Of a DNA stretch of 64,000 nucleotides, positions 57,601 to 64,000 are shown one piece after another. The notes below the pieces were generated by a model. It made no database searches. It was not told where the DNA came from and saw nothing but the letters and a program-made list of their open reading frames with translations. Numbering within the stretch: the stretch's first letter is position 1; each line of letters begins with the position of its first letter. A program made the position numbers and the translations under genes. Where the stretch lies: NCBI GenBank assembly GCA_027923505.1, contig BROI01000029.1, forward strand, positions 124,001 to 188,000, given 5' to 3'. Origin of the DNA: Mayamaea pseudoterrestris. Its lineage: Eukaryota.

Positions 57601-60503
57601 CTTTGTCGCCAAACTCGTTGGAGAATGGTTAGCCGCTGCTTCGCTTTGCAAAAAGTCGAGCGTCCGATACATCCTCGAACGTTTGATTGCACTACTATAG
57701 CTGCAGCATGCTTCTTGTCAAGGGTATGATTCGCATAAACCGCAGCTTTTCTGTCCGTCGAATGAAGTGATAGCGATCGCTTCATTACGCTGCTTGGGGC
57801 GAAACACGGTGACACGAGAAGCTCTTCCGGTGAGAAGACGTCGAAAATCTCACCACGCACATACAGCGGTGTTGCGCCGGGCTGCATGCTTGTTGAATCA
57901 AATTGCCGCGAAGGCGTCATGACATTGGTGGCTGCCTTGTAGCGCTTGCTCGCAGTTAAACTCGTCGGTTCGACTCTCTTTGACTTTTTCACGGTTGACC
58001 AGTCCGAAAAAAGAGACGTAGCTTGTCCAAAAGATCGCATGGGTGTCTGCTGTTCTATTTTTGATTTCTTGGCCGTTGTCCATGTACTGAACAACGATTC
58101 AAACTTTTCATCTAGGGGTGTCTCGTCGATCATCTCGCGGTTGACAGTGATCGACGGCGTCTGTATAACCTTCGGAGGTAAAGAGTCGGGTGGAGTTAGA
58201 CAATCCAATATGCTTCGAAGTATTTCTGTGGGACTGGTCTTTTTGGGTGTATTAGTATTCGTCTTGGGAGTGGGCACACCGTGCTTTTGGGCGACAGGAG
58301 CAGATTTGGCGGATGCTTGCGCCGGTATTCCACTAAGACGCCTCGTTCTAGACCCAGGGAGGGAGCTTTTCGGTCGTACAAGTGACGCCTTCTGCGAAAG
58401 CCCCGAGATGACTGGCCTGCTCTGTGTTTGGCCGTAATTGGCGAGAAGCGACTTTTGTCGCGGTGCGCCTGCCACATTGCTCGCTGATCCTTTCTTAACG
58501 GACGACGATACACTTGGCTTAAGAATATTACTGCTCCTTGATCCAATCGAGGTAGGAAGGCGGGAAGTTGGCTTGGTCAGTTTGGCTGTGCTTGTTGGTT
58601 GAGTGAGCATAACTACTCGCTTAGTCTTGGACGACGTGGCGCCTTTCAAGCCCTTACTGTCCATGTTTCTGGCAAGACTGCTTTTCTGAGCCATTGGTAT
58701 GGAGGGACGGACTGGAAAGCTCGGTATCTTCACAGGGCTTCCACGAGATCTGTCAACTTGCTTTGCGGCAGATGAGCTTGTGGGCTGGAGCAAGCGCGAC
58801 GGCGTCGTGGGCAATAACACTGGTTTGTGCCGCTCGTCTCCACTATTTGAGCTTTTACCTAGCGGCGAATCAGCTCTCATCGACTTAAATGCCGAGTTCT
58901 CTGCGCGTCCCAAGCAAGCAGGTGTCGTGATTGTTGCCTTCATGGACGAACTGCTCACGCCCTTTGCAAATGAACATTCAATCTTCTCTTTGGCGCTGCG
59001 GACGGCCGTCGCTACGTTGTATGATAGTTCATTTTCTTTCCCGAAACAAAGATCTTCTACAGACATTGTTGCTCGTGCTTTTAGTCCAATCTCCGAAGAA
59101 GCGATCGGCGTTTTTTGCACTGGAGCGGTAAGATTGGCTCCATAGGCTTGCACCGCCTCGTTGCTGGCAATTTTGCTTGGTGTCGGCCGATATACCGGAA
59201 GCACTGTTGGATTGTAGAATCCAAAGGCCGATGTTGGGCTACGAAGATTATCTTTCTTTGCTCCTGATGGAGCCTGTATCATTACCGGTATACGCAGCTC
59301 AGTCGTTGGGCCGACATAAAATTCGCCTTTCCCAGAGTTTGCTTCATCAACTGGTATATTGTTGGTGCTCGGCGTATGAGGCGTTTGAACGATAGAGACA
59401 CATTCATTTTCTCCCAGCCCATTCGATACTCTTTTTAATTGCACCTGTAGCTTCTCAACCTGTGCAAGAGCTTCGTCTCGCTCTATTTCCAGCTTGGCAA
59501 TCACCTCCCTTTGCAGCTGCGTCATGCGATCCATTTTGGACCGCCAGTACTCTTGCTCCTCTTGAAGCTCCGTCTCCATGTCATCCATTTGGTTCAGTGC
59601 TTCCAATAGTTCCGTCTCAACTTGATCGTATTTATCCTGCATCCAAGTTGCCATGTGGATCATGTCATGTTGATGCTGCTCCACTAATAAACGACGAGCG
59701 TCGGCTCCAAAAGACTCGTCCTCGTTGCGATGCTTCAATGCATCCTGCAGCTTGATCTCATAGTCCGCTTTGATGAGCTCTTGTTGCTTACTATAGGTTG
59801 CGACAGCTATACGGTTTGCTGTCCAGGCGTCCGTCGCTTGCTGGTGCTCAGCTGCCAGTTCAGACTCGCGACTTGTGCGCACCTGCGCTAGTTCGTCGTG
59901 ATACCACTGCTTAATCTCATTTAAAGCGTTCGTGTGCTGCTCGCAAAGGCGGCTCATCTCTTGCTGCCAATGACGTTCCGATTCTGTTTGTTGCGCCTGT
60001 AATTGCGTGATTTGTGCCTTGGCTTGCTCAAGTAGGCGCGCATTGATTTGAGAAGCAGCAACCTGGTAGACAGAACTCGTCTTTACGCTATTTAGCATCG
60101 TTGCGCGCATCGTATCATCTTCTTGTTCGCTATGTAATTCAATAAATTCGTCAGAATGGGCTTTGCCTGAAGAACTTTTACTCTGATTCAATTCTGAGGT
60201 GCGTGTCAATCCGAGGCTAGCATTTTTCTTTGAAGCTTTCTGGAGGCCAAGAAAAATTCCGAGATCACCAGGAAATACATCAGTTGTCTCGGAATTGTCT
60301 TCTTTGCTGTGTATACTCTCTATTGGAAGATCCATGGTTGCAGCGGCAGACGGCTCTGAGCCGTCTTTTCCATGGTCAATCATCCTGCTTGGTTTTGAAA
60401 GTGGCGGTTGCATCGTCCGGCGTCTCGGATCCGTAGATAGAGGTATCTTAAAATCATCCTCGCGCGAGGCGACATTCCTTGGCGGTCGCGTCTTCACAAA
60501 CAT
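54696..60503 (-). CDS. Giant IQ-motif calmodulin-binding protein (ASPM-like IQ array), 1935 aa
   Basis: N-terminal coiled coil, Ser/Pro/Lys-rich linker, dozens of IQxxxRGxxxR motifs, short C-terminal helical module. Confidence 0.85.
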   Translation of the reverse strand: MFVKTRPPRNVASREDDFKIPLSTDPRRRTMQPPLSKPSRMIDHGKDGSEPSAAATMDLPIESIHSKEDNSETTDVFPGDLGIFLGLQKASKKNASLGLTRTSELNQSKSSSGKAHSDEFIELHSEQEDDTMRATMLNSVKTSSVYQVAASQINARLLEQAKAQITQLQAQQTESERHWQQEMSRLCEQHTNALNEIKQWYHDELAQVRTSRESELAAEHQQATDAWTANRIAVATYSKQQELIKADYEIKLQDALKHRNEDESFGADARRLLVEQHQHDMIHMATWMQDKYDQVETELLEALNQMDDMETELQEEQEYWRSKMDRMTQLQREVIAKLEIERDEALAQVEKLQVQLKRVSNGLGENECVSIVQTPHTPSTNNIPVDEANSGKGEFYVGPTTELRIPVMIQAPSGAKKDNLRSPTSAFGFYNPTVLPVYRPTPSKIASNEAVQAYGANLTAPVQKTPIASSEIGLKARATMSVEDLCFGKENELSYNVATAVRSAKEKIECSFAKGVSSSSMKATITTPACLGRAENSAFKSMRADSPLGKSSNSGDERHKPVLLPTTPSRLLQPTSSSAAKQVDRSRGSPVKIPSFPVRPSIPMAQKSSLARNMDSKGLKGATSSKTKRVVMLTQPTSTAKLTKPTSRLPTSIGSRSSNILKPSVSSSVKKGSASNVAGAPRQKSLLANYGQTQSRPVISGLSQKASLVRPKSSLPGSRTRRLSGIPAQASAKSAPVAQKHGVPTPKTNTNTPKKTSPTEILRSILDCLTPPDSLPPKVIQTPSITVNREMIDETPLDEKFESLFSTWTTAKKSKIEQQTPMRSFGQATSLFSDWSTVKKSKRVEPTSLTASKRYKAATNVMTPSRQFDSTSMQPGATPLYVRGEIFDVFSPEELLVSPCFAPSSVMKRSLSLHSTDRKAAVYANHTLDKKHAAAIVVQSNVRGCIGRSTFCKAKQRLTILQRVWRQRTAARRRRATIKAIVTVQSHFRKVLAQRLLNRIRFENAGASSLWIQRVVRGFLARRAFTVLLADQFHTKAVAKENAAIEIQRLWRGILGRCRYQLLLARVKSRFIAASILQCACRGFLMRRWYAKRMQTLNEARISMECASITIQRAFLDMRSRRTLLQAKKLQKDEARLNAMLLIQRLFRGQCARRRYEAIQSRKKIECNASVVIQYAYMEFRARRAYSILRTELNETHRENASIAIQRFYRGSFIRRQLCNQKERDILTKAAQCRSVIVIQSVIRSFVTRRNLAALKAVFAESEKEVRSLAVVKIQRICRGMAARQQFIKHQANLAEKIELSRHYAAGEIQRIWRGSLEHQRHAKRRAALVEAERSVQYQAATNIQRICRGMASRQHHVEHQSSLKEARNAARIIQRKYRISLAREKIKRILEQELQRRQAAITVQRLARGTSDRAKCAKLQKAAIDLERLRGTINIQRVYRGMVSRRLSAMLQETQLLALGLARQHAATTIQSLARAVAARLLSSKLRAINLLAMNSSRSKASVTIQAIFRMIMARSNYLSHRHSTIKIQKATRKLLTRRASYMNCAATILQRHLRGTHKRRIFKHTVRCTIVIQSLARCYFAQRIVAVQRTGLVAATIIQRHWRCFFQRGLYIKFKVCVVQLQTLHRGICARREYLHRKRCVIKIQLAARGHLIRRDFLVKSFSAVKIQAFYRGTVLSRSYQMLLGSTILLQSVIRKLMVHKFVQTQLESAVLFQAAWRGHACRQAQMRRYNASIRIQALFRGQKIRAASKLALQPTVTQVVGLPMTSAKKEALTKAMIKPRKPLGIISLGHDSKASTTTNSIKPPAVNDSKAILHNSQEHKRVALGDVSSQAFSKLKLHLTSRQVGENCETGFSENNSNCRSTPTQLPVKFGLGVGKEWQDDYMYDHESLEALRVVDLREILLKNGVEKKEFRNVRKAGLIEMVIERTCRVHP

Positions 60504-61329
60504 CTGATTGCGTCGAGCTGTTCAAACGCCCCAGCATACATGTCAATTCTATGCTACCCTGTAGCTATCATACCACTTTTGGCATGAAGAAGAATATTGT
60601 AGGTAGTTCGCCATATAACTAAGAATTTGGATATCAGCCTCCAAATTTCTGAGCGCTTGTGTGACATCATCATTCGTTCATAATTCTGAACGAAGCTTGC
60701 TACTAATACGCAGTTTGCTATCAATAAGTTGGTCTGACTTGAAGTAAGTAGAATAATTTTATCTTTGCGGTAATGACTGGTGTACAAAGTAGAATAACTC
60801 GGTCGTTTCAGTGTGCGCTTTGCTGGCCTTTTGCGAGAAACATCTTGGACCGTGCGACGATTACGAAGCGCCCTTTGGCCAAGCGAGAGTTCACCCAAAG
60901 ATTGCGACAGCGGTATGCTTGGTGGGCGAGCATGAAGGCGCAATACAAGTTCCAAACAAGACGACCTTTTGACGGCGACTGCGGACTGGGTCTGAATTCT
61001 GAATCGCCCCGCTCGCCATCGTTGCGTTCATATACTCTCGCCGCTTCTCGCGTCCGAGCCATGTTGTTAAGTTCAAGTCAAGTTAGTGCGTCGTTGTAGT
61101 TCGCTTTCGGCAGAGAAACGTAGCGCCAAGTGTCGACGATGCGTGAATGGAGAATGGAATTGATGATCGCATTGCGTCACAATTTCGGAGCCTGCCCGCT
61201 TGCTAAAATCAGTCGTAGCGGCACCCAAGTTTGCGACCACCAATCTGGACTTTCCATCAAATCAGGTTCGATGGTTCGATGACCAACAGATAGATCCACG
61301 TCCAACATCTATAGAACCTTATACACAGC

Positions 61330-62925
61330 ATGTATCTAGCTCATAGTACACAACTTAATTTAGTCGCCATCATGTTTGTTGTCCACTTGCGCAAGATTTC
61401 AAGCTTCCCACTGGCACTGGCAGTCGCCAACCGACGGGCTACCATCATGTCATCCATTTCGACGAGTCGTTTGTTCAGTTCCATTGACGAAGAAGGACGA
61501 CGCATGCGAAGGCGGAACACCGACGAAAACTCCAGTAGTGATGGTGGCAGCAGTAGCAGCAGCAGCAGCAGCAGCAGGATCAATAACGGATGGGATGATT
61601 TTGATCCGCTCGCAGCAACGACGCCTTCGACAAGACAAACCTACACCAAGGACGCCGACGACGGAGGACCTTGGGGAGGAAACACCTCTGAACGAAGGAC
61701 TTACAACAAAGATAGTCGACAGAGTGGAGGAAGTAGCTACAATAGCGACAGGAACAGCGGTAGTCAAAGACGACGGGAAGATTCATTTTCATCATCACGA
61801 CGAAGCAGCAATGGTCGTCCACCGCAACGGCGAGATCAGGGCGACAGATCCTATGATCGAGATAGTGGCAATCGCCGCAGCATAAGCGGTAACAACAATA
61901 ATCGACGCAGCGACTTTCGATCGACTGCTGACCAGCAAGAAAAGGATCAGCGACGAACCAACTTGGCAGCGCTAGCCAAGGCTGGATTCGTTCATCTTTA
62001 TGGCCTGGCACCCGTCTTGAATGCCCTGCAGGCTAATAAACGAGACTTTACACGACCAGAAGATTTGATTGATTTGGGGGAACTCAGCGGAGAAGCTTTG
62101 GAACATGAATTGGCACAGCGAGCCCGAAAACCGGAGGCTCAGTATAGTCCTTGGTTGTTTGTGCAGGACAATAGTAGGAGCATTAGTTCATCCACATCGA
62201 GTCGTTCCGGTGTTAAGAGTTTACAAGCCGATCGAATCTTGGCTTTGGCAGCAGAGCGAAACATACCAGTGGCGACGGTCGACAAGGGCGTGCTGAACAC
62301 GCTGTCGGGTGAGCGACCACATCAAGGTTACGTTTTACGATGTGGTCCGCTGGAGTTTGAAACTCTGAATCGCATTCCCTTGTCTTCTGACGATCACGAG
62401 TCGCAGACACAGCAACAACCACTATGGCTGGTTCTGGACGAAGTGGTGGACCCCCAGAACCTTGGTGCGTTGCTGCGATCGGTCCAATTCCTGGGACAGC
62501 GCCATCTCAACGTGTTGGTCTGCGCCAAGAACTCGGCGCCTCCGTCACCAACGGTTAGCGCGGCGTCGGCTGGAGCGCTCGAAGTCTTGAACGTGTACGC
62601 CACGAACAGTCTTCCAAAGACATTGTCGCAGGCCGAGCAGGATGGCTTTCGCATTATTGGAGCGTCCTCGTCCGTGCCGCGCGACTCGGAAGGTATCGAG
62701 CTGTATGATCTGCAAGAGCTGCCACCATTGGCAGGACCAACGTTGCTCGTGCTTGGATCCGAAGGGCATGGGCTACGCCAACTGGTGTCGAGATGTTGTA
62801 CTGAGTTTGTACGCATCCCTGGAGGAATTGAGGAGGGTGGCGTTGATTCTTTGAACGTTAGTGTCACTGGCGGAATACTACTGTGGCACTTGCTGCAGCC
62901 AATGTATAAAACAGCAAACGTATAA
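61330..62925 (+). CDS. SpoU/TrmH RNA 2'-O-methyltransferase, MRM1/RlmB-like, with organelle-targeting-like N-terminus
   Basis: HLYGLAPV, PHQGYVL, LDEVVDPQNLGALLRS, LGSEGHGL, VDSLNVSV. Start could be 61372. Confidence 0.9.
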   Translation: MYLAHSTQLNLVAIMFVVHLRKISSFPLALAVANRRATIMSSISTSRLFSSIDEEGRRMRRRNTDENSSSDGGSSSSSSSSSRINNGWDDFDPLAATTPSTRQTYTKDADDGGPWGGNTSERRTYNKDSRQSGGSSYNSDRNSGSQRRREDSFSSSRRSSNGRPPQRRDQGDRSYDRDSGNRRSISGNNNNRRSDFRSTADQQEKDQRRTNLAALAKAGFVHLYGLAPVLNALQANKRDFTRPEDLIDLGELSGEALEHELAQRARKPEAQYSPWLFVQDNSRSISSSTSSRSGVKSLQADRILALAAERNIPVATVDKGVLNTLSGERPHQGYVLRCGPLEFETLNRIPLSSDDHESQTQQQPLWLVLDEVVDPQNLGALLRSVQFLGQRHLNVLVCAKNSAPPSPTVSAASAGALEVLNVYATNSLPKTLSQAEQDGFRIIGASSSVPRDSEGIELYDLQELPPLAGPTLLVLGSEGHGLRQLVSRCCTEFVRIPGGIEEGGVDSLNVSVTGGILLWHLLQPMYKTANV

Positions 62926-62959
62926 TGTGTTATTACGGGTTGGTATTGCACATCTATTT

Positions 62960-64000
62960 TTACGTTTGTTTTATCAATGGATTTGGTTGCAATCGATTTC
63001 CTACTGTAGCAAAGGTGAGAAAAGCAGTGTGCCCTTTCATCATATTGAAAGGTCGAGCAACCAATCGTTGTCTCTTTGATGATGGCGCTGCTGCGACTGC
63101 TGTTGCTGTTGCATCATCATCAGTCACACTCAATGTCGTCTTGGCGGTTCTCGTCTCATCGTCTGTATCAATCCTTTTATTTGTTCCATCATTAGAATCA
63201 ACGACAGGCTTGTGAATAGGCCGTGACTCCGTCGGTAATAGCTCAAACTCCAAATCATCCACGTAATGTTCCATCAATCGATACTCCATAGTCTGTAGTG
63301 AATGACAACCACTTTGCTTTAGCGCTGCACAAGCTTTTTGCGTTTGCTCTACGCAGGGACTGTAGGAGGCAATGTGGGCACCTGGCTTGAGGCAGTACAC
63401 CGCATGCGGCACGGCAAGCCATGGCTCTGGAAGATCCAGAAAACAGGCATCCACAGACTGCGCCGGCAGACAAAATCCATCCGTGCAAACGTCTTGATGC
63501 GTCACTGTTACCAAGTGCTCTACACCATGCTGTTTAAACTCTTGTCGCGCCGTTTCGGCTCGGTGCTGATTGAACTCAAACGTATACAAATGTCCCTTGG
63601 GTGCAATGGTTCTTAGTATAGCGTGACTCATGGCCCCGCTTCCCGTTCCACTCTCAATGACTCGCATGTTGGGTCGCAACTGTAGCTTGTACACCACTTG
63701 GACTTGATCAAGCTCCTGCACAATCTGCGTCCGATGGTTCAAGCTCCGGGCCCATAATTCCGGCGTTGGTTTTAGCAAGTAAACAAATCCGTAGCCCTTG
63801 TTATTGGAGCTTCGAATCATGCTGCCAAATGGATACTTGTTGATAAAGTCGTCATGATGAAAGTGGCCGTTGCGATTATGAAACACGTCGCCTGGCGTTG
63901 CGTAGACAAAGTCAAGCTTGTCAAAGGCTTCCATAATGACGACCAAATCGCCAGCTTGGATTGTGGAATGAGTCGGCGGAGTACACAATTCCTTATAATG
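62960..64000 (-). CDS. TRMT61A: tRNA m1A58 methyltransferase catalytic subunit (Trm61/Gcd14), 5' partial
   Basis: LKPTPELW..SL.HRTQI, IESGTGSG, FLDLPEPW, SYSPCVEQ, GHTAFLTFA; frame open to the window edge. Confidence 0.93.
   Translation of the reverse strand, partial: HYKELCTPPTHSTIQAGDLVVIMEAFDKLDFVYATPGDVFHNRNGHFHHDDFINKYPFGSMIRSSNNKGYGFVYLLKPTPELWARSLNHRTQIVQELDQVQVVYKLQLRPNMRVIESGTGSGAMSHAILRTIAPKGHLYTFEFNQHRAETARQEFKQHGVEHLVTVTHQDVCTDGFCLPAQSVDACFLDLPEPWLAVPHAVYCLKPGAHIASYSPCVEQTQKACAALKQSGCHSLQTMEYRLMEHYVDDLEFELLPTESRPIHKPVVDSNDGTNKRIDTDDETRTAKTTLSVTDDDATATAVAAAPSSKRQRLVARPFNMMKGHTAFLTFATVGNRLQPNPLIKQT

Noticed and set aside
60554..61099. Short ORFs between the IQ gene and the SpoU gene
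   Set aside because: Conflicting overlapping frames with no motif support.
61330..64000. Two adjacent RNA methyltransferases as a functional cluster
   Set aside because: Convergent housekeeping genes of unrelated folds; adjacency is expected in a compact genome.

Overview
Eukaryotic DNA, most likely from a pennate diatom (short spliceosomal introns, compact genes, a CoDi-type Ty1/copia element). The first ~20.3 kb is a tandem array of a 169-bp, ~50% GC, CpG-depleted, dyad-rich satellite with two subfamily domains. The array is interrupted by a ~6.6-kb Ty1/copia LTR retrotransposon (109-6706, minus strand) whose Pol carries a chromodomain-like module, and by a 76-bp non-LTR-type insertion with a (TTA)n tail and a 15-bp target-site duplication. 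About 0.7 kb after the array, gene-dense sequence starts: three paralogous ~126-aa Cys-rich genes (two with GC-AG introns), an ABHD4/5-like hydrolase, an MFS transporter, DEPDC5/Iml1, a JmjC protein, a PhoD-like phosphatase and a sulfotransferase-like gene. A 3.8-kb direct duplication (hypothetical gene + CLC 5' part) flanks a 7.5-kb block holding a truncated LNR-domain gene, proteasome beta2 and a decayed Pro/Ser mucin-like minisatellite. The window ends with a full CLC transporter, a giant IQ-repeat protein, an MRM1-like SpoU methyltransferase and a partial TRMT61A. The best candidate for a new system is a nucleosome-length (possibly centromeric) satellite plus a chromodomain-bearing copia element inserted in it; this is inference and untested. 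Caveat: ~5.1-13.5 kb is rich in small deletions and may contain long-read consensus errors.
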